From Candidatus Marinacidobacterium sp. (GTDB lineage Bacteria; Acidobacteriota; Vicinamibacteria; Marinacidobacterales; Marinacidobacteraceae), in assembly GCA_965204755.1 (NCBI GenBank), contig OZ242011.1, positions 3,808,001 to 3,872,000 on the forward strand: a stretch of DNA of 64,000 nt, given 5' to 3'. Under the pieces are notes generated by a model, which saw nothing but the letters and a program-made list of their open reading frames with translations, did no database searches and was not told where the DNA came from. Shown piece after piece: positions 18,269 through 27,372 of this stretch (position 1 is the first letter of the stretch; each line of letters begins with the position of its first letter). The position numbers were made by a program, and so were the translations under genes.

Positions 18269-20670
18269 CGGAGGCCCCAGGCGCGGCGCAGACCCCATTC
18301 GGAGACCAGCAGTCCGACCAGCAGGAAGAAGATCGCCGGCATGTTCCAGAGCGGGCGCCGCTCGACCACGGTGGCGCCCGTCTCCGAGAAACTCAGGTCG
18401 GCGGCCAGGGCGCGCGCGTCTTCGACTTCGAAGAGGCGGCCCCCGGTCTCTTCCGCGATCCGGGCGAGGAGCGGCCGGTTCGTCCCCGTCCCGAAGTACT
18501 CGTCCTCCACCTCCCCCACCTCGAAGAAGGCCGCCGCGGCGGCGTCCTCCGGCGCTTCGCCGGCCCCGGTCCCCCGGGCCCGCGCCTCAACCCGGTGGAG
18601 CCCGGACGAGCGGGGGACGAACGACGCGGAGTACTCGCCGTGCCGCCGCCCGGTCCAGCGCAACGGGACGACCTCGACCTCGCCCGACCCGGTCTCGACC
18701 GCCGCCTCGACGGAGGCGCGGCTGACGGCCAGGTAGGCGGCGTCCTCCACCCGGGCGGTCACGGTCACCCGCTCCCCGGCGAGCGCGCTCACCGGCTCGA
18801 CCGAAACCTCCACCCGGCGCGGCGCTTCGGCGGCGAGGAACCGCAGCAGCCGCCGCCAGAGCAACTCGTGGGTCTGGTCTTCCACCGGTATGTCGGCGTG
18901 CATCTGCCAGAGCCAGAAGTCCTGCACGGTGAGGCTCGCCACCCGCCCCCGTCCGAACCGCTGGACGGAGAGCACCGGCTCCGGTTCCCCGCCGCCCTCC
19001 CCGGAGACGCCTTCGAGCAGGGTGACCGCGCCCGGTTTCGGGTTCGCCAGCCGGTTCACCGTGGAGAGCAGCGGCAGCGCGGCGTAGCGGTCCCGGTTCC
19101 GTTCGGCGTCCGGTTCGAGCCGGACGACCGGATGCGAGGCGCCGGCGCGGGTGGGGCGGACCCGCAGCCGACGGAACGCGGCGGGCGAGTCCGCCGAAGC
19201 GCTCCCTCCCGCCGCGGCCCCGGCGCCGTCGCCGAACAACAGGGGCAGCACCTCGGCGACCGGGGTTTCCCGATAGCCGCCCTCCGCATAAGCGCTCCGT
19301 CCGCCGAGAGTCAACAGGCCCCCGCCGCGGCGGCTCACGAAATCCCGCAGCATCCGGAGTTGGTCGGCCGTGAAGAAACTGGCCTCGACGCTGCCCAGGA
19401 TCACCGCCGAGTACCGGAAGAGTTCCTCGCGGGTTTCCGGGAAACCGCCGGCGAGTTCGTCGGCGTCGGCCACATCCACCCGGTAGAACTTGCCGCCGGC
19501 GGTGCGCAGCAGGCACGCGACCCGGAGGCCGGGGTCACCCCGCACCGCCCGGCGGAGGAACTTCATCTCCCACCGTGGCTGCCCCTCGAAATACAGCAGG
19601 TCGAGCGCCCCTTCCTCGACCAGCGTGAGCGCCGTCCGCTCGTTGTTCCGGGTCATCTCCTCGCCCGGCGCCGGGGCGACCCGGAAGCGGAGCCGCCGCA
19701 CGCCCGGCCGCTCGGCGGGCACGGTGAGCGCCACGACCCGGGTGGAGTCCCCCCGTTCCAGCCGGACGGAGCGGGACGCGGCGATGCGGCCTTCGTCCAG
19801 CGCCTCGACCCGGACGGTCTGCCCGCCGTAGCCGCGGGAGAAGACCGGCACCCGCACTTCGACTTCCGACCCGAGCAGGAGGCGCGGGGGGAGGTCCGGC
19901 GGCCCGATCTCCAGGTCCCGTTCGGGCGCGGAGCGGCCGACGGCGACCGGGTACACCCGGATCCCGCGCCCGCGCAGGTCGAGCAGCGCCTCGCCGAGGG
20001 CGTCCTCCCGCTCCTCCGCGGTCCCTTCCTTCCCGGCGGCGGTGTCCGCTCCGTCGGTGAGCAGGACCAGGCCGGCCACGGGAAGCGACGAGAGGTCGGC
20101 CGCCGCCGAGCGGAGCGCGGAGGCCAGGTCGGTGCGCGGCGCCGAAAGCGTCAGGACTTCCTCCGGCGGCGAATCGGGCGGGAGCCGCTCCGCCCCGTCG
20201 CCCCCGAACCGGTAGCGGCGCAGGACGAACTGCTCCCGAAGCACCGGCCCGAGCGCCCCGTCACCACCCGCCCCGTCCGGAGGAAAGAAGGCCTCGCGGA
20301 TCCGGTCGCCCCGGCGGAGGGGCGTTCCGTCCGGGGCCTCGCCGGCGTCCGGGAGGCGCATGCTGGCCGAGTCGTCGAAGAGGACGCCGACCACATTCTC
20401 CTGCGGGACGACGGTGGAGATCACCAGTTCCGGACGGAACAGCGCGAACAGGAGCAGGACGAGAGTCGACGCCCGGAGTCCGGCGAGCAGCAGCCGGCCG
20501 GCCCGGCCGGCGCGTCCCCGGCCCGGACGCCGGTAGCCGGAGAGGAAGAGGGCCGCGGCCAGCGCGGCGAGAACCCCGGCGGCGAGGAGCGGCCAGGGCC
20601 AGGCGAACTCGATCCGCCCTCGCTCGAACGCGGCGAGCGGGCTGCTCAGCAGCCAGTCGAGCCAGGACAA
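18265..20670 (-). CDS. Membrane protein with vWA-like and GATase1-like (DUF1355-type) domains
   Basis: LFDDSASM, LLTDGAD, EGQPRWEMKFLRRA, FVSRRGGGLLTLGG, GRGRV and terminal EWGLRRAWGLR. Confidence 0.8.
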   Translation of the reverse strand: MSWLDWLLSSPLAAFERGRIEFAWPWPLLAAGVLAALAAALFLSGYRRPGRGRAGRAGRLLLAGLRASTLVLLLFALFRPELVISTVVPQENVVGVLFDDSASMRLPDAGEAPDGTPLRRGDRIREAFFPPDGAGGDGALGPVLREQFVLRRYRFGGDGAERLPPDSPPEEVLTLSAPRTDLASALRSAAADLSSLPVAGLVLLTDGADTAAGKEGTAEEREDALGEALLDLRGRGIRVYPVAVGRSAPERDLEIGPPDLPPRLLLGSEVEVRVPVFSRGYGGQTVRVEALDEGRIAASRSVRLERGDSTRVVALTVPAERPGVRRLRFRVAPAPGEEMTRNNERTALTLVEEGALDLLYFEGQPRWEMKFLRRAVRGDPGLRVACLLRTAGGKFYRVDVADADELAGGFPETREELFRYSAVILGSVEASFFTADQLRMLRDFVSRRGGGLLTLGGRSAYAEGGYRETPVAEVLPLLFGDGAGAAAGGSASADSPAAFRRLRVRPTRAGASHPVVRLEPDAERNRDRYAALPLLSTVNRLANPKPGAVTLLEGVSGEGGGEPEPVLSVQRFGRGRVASLTVQDFWLWQMHADIPVEDQTHELLWRRLLRFLAAEAPRRVEVSVEPVSALAGERVTVTARVEDAAYLAVSRASVEAAVETGSGEVEVVPLRWTGRRHGEYSASFVPRSSGLHRVEARARGTGAGEAPEDAAAAAFFEVGEVEDEYFGTGTNRPLLARIAEETGGRLFEVEDARALAADLSFSETGATVVERRPLWNMPAIFFLLVGLLVSEWGLRRAWGLR

Positions 20671-20728
20671 CGGGAGCGCGCGGGGAGGGGAATCGGCGGC
20701 GGCGGGATCTCGGAGTGCGGCGCCGCCG

Positions 20729-21553
20729 TCAGTGGGTCATCGCGTAGATGATCAGGTTCACTCCCATCTCGTAGGCGTAGGTCGAGTAGCGCAGCGGGTA
20801 GTGCGGGTTTTCCCACCACTCCCAGGCGTCGCCCAGGTCGGTGTTCCAGTTGGCGACCACCATCAGGCGCCGCTCGTCGTCGAAGATGCCGTACACCGTG
20901 GGCGTGTAGCCGTCGCGCTCCCAAGTGGGACCGCCGCGGATCCCCTGCCCCACATTGGGCACCTGGACGATCTCGTCCACCACATACAGCGAGCGGAAGA
21001 TCGGGTGGTCGAGGGGCACCTCCTCGATGGCGCGGCCGGGGAACACCCGGTCCATCTCCCGGGCGAAGTTGAGCCACTCCTGGGTGCCCCAGAAGTCGTC
21101 CACCATCAGGAAGCCGCCGGAAAGGAGATAGCGCCGCAGCCCGGCGACTTCCTCGTCGGTCATCGCCATGTAGCCGACTTCGACCGCGTAGAGGAACGGG
21201 TAGCGGCCGAGTTCGGGATCGTTCAGCAGCACCTCGTTCTCCCAGGCGTACGCGTCCAGGTTCGTGTACCGGCGAAGCCCGATGAGGAACTGCCGGTCCG
21301 CCTTGGGGTAGTCCACATGCCACCCGCGCCAGCCGTAACTCGAATAGACGGCGCGGGTGAAGTAGAAGTCGTGGGGCGGGCGGAGGCCGGGGGCCGGGCC
21401 GAACGGGTCCGCCCCGGCGCGGGCGTCGCCGGTGGCCGACCGCAGGAACTCACGGATCTGCTCCGGGCTCGGCTGCGTTTCGAGCGCCGGCGCGGCGAGC
21501 AGCAGCAACCCGGCGGCGCCGAACGGCCGAAGACCGCGCCAGCGGCCGGTCAC
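20729..21553 (-). CDS. DUF4159 domain protein (second copy; first gene of the operon)
   Basis: WHVDYPKAD, YLLSGGFLMVDDFWG, NTDLGDAWEW and MGVNLIIYAMTH; start uncertain (GTG 21553 chosen). Confidence 0.85.
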   Translation of the reverse strand: MTGRWRGLRPFGAAGLLLLAAPALETQPSPEQIREFLRSATGDARAGADPFGPAPGLRPPHDFYFTRAVYSSYGWRGWHVDYPKADRQFLIGLRRYTNLDAYAWENEVLLNDPELGRYPFLYAVEVGYMAMTDEEVAGLRRYLLSGGFLMVDDFWGTQEWLNFAREMDRVFPGRAIEEVPLDHPIFRSLYVVDEIVQVPNVGQGIRGGPTWERDGYTPTVYGIFDDERRLMVVANWNTDLGDAWEWWENPHYPLRYSTYAYEMGVNLIIYAMTH

Positions 21554-21912
21554 CGGGGCGGGGCCGGAGGGGTGCGGCGGGCGCCGGGCGCTGACGGCAG
21601 GGACGGGCGGCGCACCGAGTTCGTTCGCGGGCCGCCCGCGCGGCGAAGCGCCCGGCGGGAAGCGGGCAGGCGAATCACGGGCGGCGGCGCGGGAGAGTAT
21701 CGCGCCCCGCAGCCCCCTCCGGGAGCGCTTTTCGACCGCCGGGGAGCGGGCGCCCGGCTGGTAGAATCGGCGGTTCCGCCGGGGGCGCCGCGCGGCTGCC
21801 GCCGCGTCCGGCGGGGCGGTCGTTCGCCGGGTTTCGAGAGGTCCGGGAGACCGGGCGCCGACTTGCGGAACGACGAACACCGGGCAAGACATCGAACAAC
21901 GGAGGTAAGGCC

Positions 21913-22986
21913 GTGACATCGAGCCTTCGCATCCTGCTGCCGGCGGCGCTCGCCGCAGCCGCGGCCTGCGGCGGCGGGCCGCCGACGGACGACCCGATGC
22001 CCGCGGCTTCCACGCCGGAAGCGTTCGTCCCCGGACCGCCGGCGGACTTCGCCGACCCGGTGATCCCGGCGGACAACCCGCAGACGCCGGAGAAGGTCGC
22101 CCTCGGCAAGCAGTTGTATTTCGACGAGCGCCTGTCCGCTGACGGAACCCGCTCCTGCTATTCCTGCCACCTGGTCGAGAACGGACTCACGGACGGCAAG
22201 CCGGTCGCCGAGGGCGCGCTGGGGCGGGTGCTGACCCGCTCGAGCCCGACGCTGTGGAACATCGCTTACCACACGCAGTTCTACTGGGACGGGCGGAGCG
22301 GCTCGCTGGAGGCGCAGGCGCGCGCGGCCTGGACCGGCGGCAACATGGGGGCGGACGCCGACGAGGCGGTGGCCGCGCTGAACGGGATCGAGGGCTACCG
22401 GACGCAGTTCGAGGAGGTCTTCGGCGGGCCGGCCACCCCGGAGAATGTGGTGCAGGCCATCGCCGCGTTCGAGCGCGACGCCTTCTACTGCGGCGACACC
22501 GACTACGACCGCTGGCGGCGGGGCGAGGCTTCCGCGATCCCGGAGGCGGCGCAGCGCGGCGCGGAACTCTTCACGGCGGGGGCCGGCTGCGCCGCCTGCC
22601 ACAGCGGCGTCCTGTTCACCGACCTGAAGTACCACAATGTGGGAATCGGGATGGACGCCGAGGAGCCCGACCTCGGCCGCGGACGGGTCACCGAGGAAGC
22701 GCAGTGCAGCACGACCGACGACGAGCCCTGCCAGGGGGCGTTCAAGACGCCGACCCTGCGCGACATCACGAAGAGCGCCCCGTACTTCCACGACGGGAGC
22801 GTGGCGACGCTCGAAGAGGCGGTGCGGCTCATGGCGAGCGGCGGGCTGCCCAACGAGTACCTGGACACCGACGAACTGCAGGACCGGAACCTGGACGACG
22901 CGCAGATCGCCGACCTGCTGGCGTTCCTCGGGACGCTGGAATGCCGGAACGCGGAGGACATCTTCGCCCGGCCGTCCCTGCCCTAG
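21913..22986 (+). CDS. Di-haem cytochrome c peroxidase/MauG-family lipoprotein
   Basis: GGAGG RBS, lipobox AAAC, two CxxCH motifs (CYSCH, CAACH), LGKQLYFDERLS, FYWDGR and AFKTPTLRDI...PYFHDG. Confidence 0.9.
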   Translation: MTSSLRILLPAALAAAAACGGGPPTDDPMPAASTPEAFVPGPPADFADPVIPADNPQTPEKVALGKQLYFDERLSADGTRSCYSCHLVENGLTDGKPVAEGALGRVLTRSSPTLWNIAYHTQFYWDGRSGSLEAQARAAWTGGNMGADADEAVAALNGIEGYRTQFEEVFGGPATPENVVQAIAAFERDAFYCGDTDYDRWRRGEASAIPEAAQRGAELFTAGAGCAACHSGVLFTDLKYHNVGIGMDAEEPDLGRGRVTEEAQCSTTDDEPCQGAFKTPTLRDITKSAPYFHDGSVATLEEAVRLMASGGLPNEYLDTDELQDRNLDDAQIADLLAFLGTLECRNAEDIFARPSLP

Positions 22987-23021
22987 CGAAGGATCACGCG
23001 GACACGGAGGGTTCGATCCGG

Positions 23022-23321
23022 ATGGAAGTGCGTTTCGAGGGGCGGGGCGACCGCTGGAGCGGCGCCGCCGAGAAGGCCGAGCGGGGCGAAGCGGACAAGC
23101 ACCAGCCGTATTCGGTGCGGGTGACGAACGAGGGCGGCGAGACCGCGGAAGGCACGATGCTGGTCACCGCCCTGGCCGAGCAGAAGGCCGCCGAGTCGGA
23201 GGACGGAGGCGCCCGCCTCGGACGCGCCTTCTCACAGGCGCTCACCGCGGAGTTGGGCCTGAGGCCCCTGAAGTCCGGATTCCGCTTCGTCCTCGACCAC
23301 CGCTGGGTGGTCGGCTACTGA
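23022..23321 (+). CDS. Small hypothetical protein (99 aa)
   Basis: GGAGG upstream of ATG 23022, host-like codon usage, and a terminator-like hairpin downstream. Confidence 0.65.
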   Translation: MEVRFEGRGDRWSGAAEKAERGEADKHQPYSVRVTNEGGETAEGTMLVTALAEQKAAESEDGGARLGRAFSQALTAELGLRPLKSGFRFVLDHRWVVGY

Positions 23322-23340
23322 CCGCGACCGAACCCTGAGC

Positions 23341-23364
23341 GCCGCCCGCCGGCGGCCTTCTTTT
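23341..23364 (+). terminator. Putative intrinsic terminator
   Basis: GCCGCC-CGCC-GGCGGC stem-loop followed by CTTCTTTT. Confidence 0.5.
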
Positions 23365-23520
23365 ACCGCGGATCCTTCCGCGATCGCGCCCCGCACGGTG
23401 TCCGGCAGTCGGACCGAAGCGTCGGCTCTCGGCCTTGCCGGCGGAGGAGGCGCGGGGCTCCGGGCTTCCCGGCTATCGAGGAGGATGGATCCTCGCGGCA
23501 AGCGGACTCGACCACGCGGC

Positions 23521-23838
23521 TCAGCGTCGGGTCACCTGAATGAGAGCCCTCACTATGGCGGCGGCGGGCGCGGCGACCGCGCCGAATCCGGCCAGAGTGT
23601 GGCCCGCGTCCACGAGCCACAAGCCTGCCGCGACCAAGGATAGAGCCAGGAAAGCAGCAATCCACTGTGTTTGAAGCGCCAACATCCGCCGCCCCCGATC
23701 GTTCTTCCAACCGTTGGCGGCGTGGCCCTCGGCCATGGCGATGATGCGGGCGGCGAGCCCGGGCAGAGTCGCTTCGTATCTCTCGAGATCAGCCGCCGAT
23801 GGCAGTGGGCCGATGTGGATCTGCTGGCGGACGGCCAC
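23521..23838 (-). CDS. DUF2335-like small membrane protein
   Basis: GPLPSAADLERYEATLPGLAARIIAMAE followed by two TM helices; start uncertain. Confidence 0.75.
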   Translation of the reverse strand: MAVRQQIHIGPLPSAADLERYEATLPGLAARIIAMAEGHAANGWKNDRGRRMLALQTQWIAAFLALSLVAAGLWLVDAGHTLAGFGAVAAPAAAIVRALIQVTRR

Positions 23839-23872
23839 CGACCTACCGGGATCCCCCGGCGACGGTCGCTGC

Positions 23873-24154
23873 CTATCGCGGTGGCTCGAGTTGCTCAGTG
23901 CGCCGCGCCGCCCGGGCCCGCTCGTATTCGGGCTCCACGGCGCCCATCGCCGATCGCAGGTCGTCTCCGACTCGCATCCAAGTCTCCCGCATGGCTTCTT
24001 CCGGCGTCTGGCTCGGAATCTCGATGACGGGATCCAAGCGGAAGATCTGCTTCAGGGCCTCAAGCAGCGATGGCGGCCGCCCGGCGACGGAACTTCGTCC
24101 GGATTGGGCCGGTCCGGCGCTTCTCCGGCGTGCCTGGCGGTCATGCTCGGTCAT
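23873..24154 (-). CDS. Small hypothetical protein of the type found upstream of DUF2335 genes
   Basis: EEAMRETWMRVGDDLRSAM motif; its ATG overlaps (ATGA) the terminal stop of the last Uma2 copy. Confidence 0.6.
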   Translation of the reverse strand: MTEHDRQARRRSAGPAQSGRSSVAGRPPSLLEALKQIFRLDPVIEIPSQTPEEAMRETWMRVGDDLRSAMGAVEPEYERARAARRTEQLEPPR

Positions 24155-24909
24155 CGACAAGCATCATAACGGGAAAGCCCGCCGCGCCCGGCAGTCTCGT
24201 CGGTTCTGCTGATGCGACGGCGGCGCCGGACGATGCGCGCCACCGCCTCTATGCGTTCGCGGCTGTCGGCGCCCCGTCGGAAGCCCTCGACGGCTTGGCC
24301 GGCATCGGAGGGATGAGGTCCGGCAGGAGGGCGGATGCCTCCGGCGGACGCGCGGAGGCGCTCGGCGGCGGAGGGCCAGGAAGTCTGCCCGGAGCGTCTC
24401 CTCCCCGCGCTTGCCGTGGATCCGCCGGCACCCCCGCACGCCCAGGTCGCCGTAGCGCGCGATCTTGCCCTCGTCGGCGTGGGTAATCTCGACTTCCACG
24501 ACGAGGTCCGGGCCGTTCTCTTCGAAGAAGGCGTCCGCTGCTCTCTCGCTCTCGGCCAAGGCCGCGAGATGCGCATGGCGCGCTCGCCGACATGGAAGGA
24601 GCAGTCCGGCTCCATGCCGGCGCCGGGGGGCTCCTCTTTCCCGCGCAGGCGAGCGCTCCTGAGTTCGACGGAGGCGAGGTCCAACTCGCTCGCCGCACCG
24701 TCCACGATGTCGTCGAACCCGGTCAGGCGCTGGTGGAGATGCGAGGGGGCCATGAGGACGACCACTCCTCGCACCGGGTCCAGGCACACCCGGCGGAACC
24801 GGCTGGTCCGGTCCAAGCCGGCGAGGGCGGCCACCGTCGCCGCGTCCGCCCGGAGGTGATAGATGGTCGAGCCGAGCGGCCCCACGAAACTCGTGCTCGC
24901 GCCCGGCAT
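24151..24909 (-). pseudogene. Uma2-family endonuclease, copy 5 (frameshifted)
   Basis: Starts MPGASTSFVGPLGST like the other copies. Homology switches frame after EPDCSFHVGERA and again near the C-terminus, with pieces in three frames. Confidence 0.85.
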
Positions 24910-25733
24910 CAAGGATCCCCGGCGCTCGAGCCTTCGACCGGGACGCTCTCGGCGGAGACTGCGGCGGCGGGCGGCTCGCCATCCGCTGACGCCTCCCCGC
25001 CGGAGGCCGGTTCCTCCCGCGGCCGGACGCTCCGCTGTCGGCGTCGCCGGACGATGCGCTCCACCGTTTCGATGCGTCGGAAGACATCCCCGCTCGTCCT
25101 TATGCCTTCGGCCGCCTCGGCGACATCGGACGGAGTGAGGTCCGGCAGCACCTCCGAGGCCTCCAGCCGGCGGGGCGCCGCTCCCCGGCGCAGGGCCAGG
25201 AAGTCCGCCCGGAGCGTCCCTTCCCCGCTCCGGCCGTGGATACGCCAGCACTCCCGCACCCCCATGTCGCCGTAGCGCGCGATCTTCCCCTCGTCCGCAT
25301 GGGTGATCTCGACCTCGACGACGAGGTCCGGAACATTCGCTTCGAGGAAGGCGTCCGCCGCTTCTTCGCTCTCGGCCAAGGCCTCGAGGTGCGCATGGGC
25401 GCGCTCCCCGACAAGGAAAGAGCAGTCCGGTTCCAGGCCGACGCCGACCGGTTCCCCTTCCCCGCGCACGCGAACGCTCCCGAGTTTGATGGAGGCGAGG
25501 CCCAGCGCGCTCGCCGCGCTGTCTGCGATGTCGTCGAAGAGCCGGGTCGAGCGCTCGTGGAGGAGCGAAGGGACCATGAGGACGACGACCCCTCGCACCG
25601 GGTCGAGGCACACCCGGCGGAACCGGCTCGTCCAGTCCAGACCGGCGAGCGCGGCCACGGTCTCGGCGTCCGCCCGGAGGTGGTAGATGGTCGAGCCGAG
25701 CGGGCCGACGAAACTCGTGCTCGACCCCGGCAT
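24909..25733 (-). CDS. Uma2-family PD-(D/E)XK endonuclease, copy 4
   Basis: LEPDCSF...VPDLVVEVEITHADEGKIARYGDMGVRECW; TGATG overlaps at both ends. Confidence 0.85.
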   Translation of the reverse strand: MPGSSTSFVGPLGSTIYHLRADAETVAALAGLDWTSRFRRVCLDPVRGVVVLMVPSLLHERSTRLFDDIADSAASALGLASIKLGSVRVRGEGEPVGVGLEPDCSFLVGERAHAHLEALAESEEAADAFLEANVPDLVVEVEITHADEGKIARYGDMGVRECWRIHGRSGEGTLRADFLALRRGAAPRRLEASEVLPDLTPSDVAEAAEGIRTSGDVFRRIETVERIVRRRRQRSVRPREEPASGGEASADGEPPAAAVSAESVPVEGSSAGDP

Positions 25734-26554
25734 CAGGCCTCCTCGGTGCTCAGGCCTTCGAGCGGGATGGCGCCGATTGGGACTGCCGCAGCCGGCTCGC
25801 CGTCCGCCGGCGCCTCGCCGTAGGGCGCCCGTTCCTCGCGCAGCCGGATGCTCCGCTGTTGGCGGCGCCGGACGATACGGGCCACCGCCTCCGTGCGTTC
25901 GTGGCGGTCGAGACTCCGTCGGACGCCTTCGACGGCCTGGCAGACATCCGATGGAGTGAGCCCCGGCAGGACCACCGACGCCTCCAACCGACGGGACGGC
26001 GCTCCCCGGCGGAGCGCCAGGAAGTCCGCCCGGAGCCTCTCTTCCCCGCGCTTGCCGCGGAGCCGCCAAATCTCCCGCGCGCCGAGGTCGGCGTACCGAA
26101 CGACCTTGCCCTCGTCGATGTGGGTGATCTCGACCTCGACGATCAGGTCCGGGCCGTTCTCCGCGAGGAAGGCGTCCGCCGCCTTCTGGCTCTCCGCCAT
26201 GGCCCCCAGATAGGCGCGGGCGCGCTCCCCCACATAGAAGGAGCAGTCCGGCTCCATGCCGGCGCCGCGGGGCTCTCCTTTCCCGCGCAGTCGAACGCTC
26301 CCCAGTTTGGCGGTGGCGCGGCCGAGCGCGCTCGCGGCGGCGTCCACGATGTCGTCGAAGACCCGGGTCAACCCCTCGTGGAGGGACGACGGGGACATGA
26401 GGACTACGACTTCCCGGACCGGGTCCAGCCACACCCGGCGGAACCGGCTCGTCCAGTCCAGGCCCGCGAGGGCGGCCACGGTGGCGGCGTCCGCCCGCAG
26501 CCGGTAGATCGTCGAGCCGAGAGGCCCCACGAAACTCGTGCTCGACCCCGGCAT
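25733..26554 (-). CDS. Uma2-family PD-(D/E)XK endonuclease, copy 3
   Basis: MEPDCSF...GPDLIVEVEITHIDEGKVVRYADLGAREIW; TGATG overlaps. Confidence 0.85.
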   Translation of the reverse strand: MPGSSTSFVGPLGSTIYRLRADAATVAALAGLDWTSRFRRVWLDPVREVVVLMSPSSLHEGLTRVFDDIVDAAASALGRATAKLGSVRLRGKGEPRGAGMEPDCSFYVGERARAYLGAMAESQKAADAFLAENGPDLIVEVEITHIDEGKVVRYADLGAREIWRLRGKRGEERLRADFLALRRGAPSRRLEASVVLPGLTPSDVCQAVEGVRRSLDRHERTEAVARIVRRRQQRSIRLREERAPYGEAPADGEPAAAVPIGAIPLEGLSTEEA

Positions 26555-27372
26555 CAGGGCTCCTCGGTGCTCAAGCCTTCGAGCGGGACGGCGGAGACTG
26601 CGGCGGCGAGCGGTTCGCCGTCCGCCGACATCTCCCCGTAAGGCGCCCGGTCCTCGCGCAGCCGGATGCTCCGCCGTTGGCGGCGCCGGACGATGCGGGC
26701 CACCGTCTCGATGCGTTCGCGGATGTCGCCGCTCCCCCGGACGCCTTCGGCGGCCTGGCAGACATCCGAGGGAGTGAGCCCCGGCAGGACCTCCGACGCC
26801 TCCAGCGAACGCGGCGGCGTTCCCCGGCGGAGCGCCAGGAAGTCCGCCCGGAGCGTCTTCTCCCCTCGCTTGCCGCGCAGTTTCCAGAACTCCCGAACGC
26901 CCAAGTCGGCGTAACGACCGATCTTGCCCGAATCGGCGTGGGTGATCTCGACCTCGACGACGAGGTCCGGGCCGTTTTCCTCGAGGAAGGCGTCCGCCGC
27001 CTTCTCGCTCTCGGCCAAGGCCTCGAGATACCCGCCGGCGCGCTCTCCCACATAGAAGGAGCAGTCCGGCTCCATGCCGGTTCCGGGGGGCTCCCCTTTC
27101 CCGCGCAGGCGAACGCTCCGGAGTTTGGTCGAGGCGCGGCCCAGCGCGCTCGCCGCGGCGTCCACGATGTCGTCGAAGACGCCGGTCAGGCCTTCGTGAA
27201 GGCGCGAGGGGGTCATGAGGACGACCACCTCCCGCGTCGGGTCCAGCCACACTCGGCGGAACCGGCTCGTCCAGTCCAGGCCCGCGAGCGCGGCCACGGT
27301 CTCGGCGTCTGCCCGGAGGTGGTAGATCGTCGAACCGAGAGGCCCCACGAAACTCGTACTCGCGCCCGGCAT
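26554..27372 (-). CDS. Uma2-family PD-(D/E)XK endonuclease, copy 2
   Basis: MEPDCSF...GPDLVVEVEITHADSGKIGRYADLGVREFW; TGATG overlaps. Confidence 0.85.
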   Translation of the reverse strand: MPGASTSFVGPLGSTIYHLRADAETVAALAGLDWTSRFRRVWLDPTREVVVLMTPSRLHEGLTGVFDDIVDAAASALGRASTKLRSVRLRGKGEPPGTGMEPDCSFYVGERAGGYLEALAESEKAADAFLEENGPDLVVEVEITHADSGKIGRYADLGVREFWKLRGKRGEKTLRADFLALRRGTPPRSLEASEVLPGLTPSDVCQAAEGVRGSGDIRERIETVARIVRRRQRRSIRLREDRAPYGEMSADGEPLAAAVSAVPLEGLSTEEP

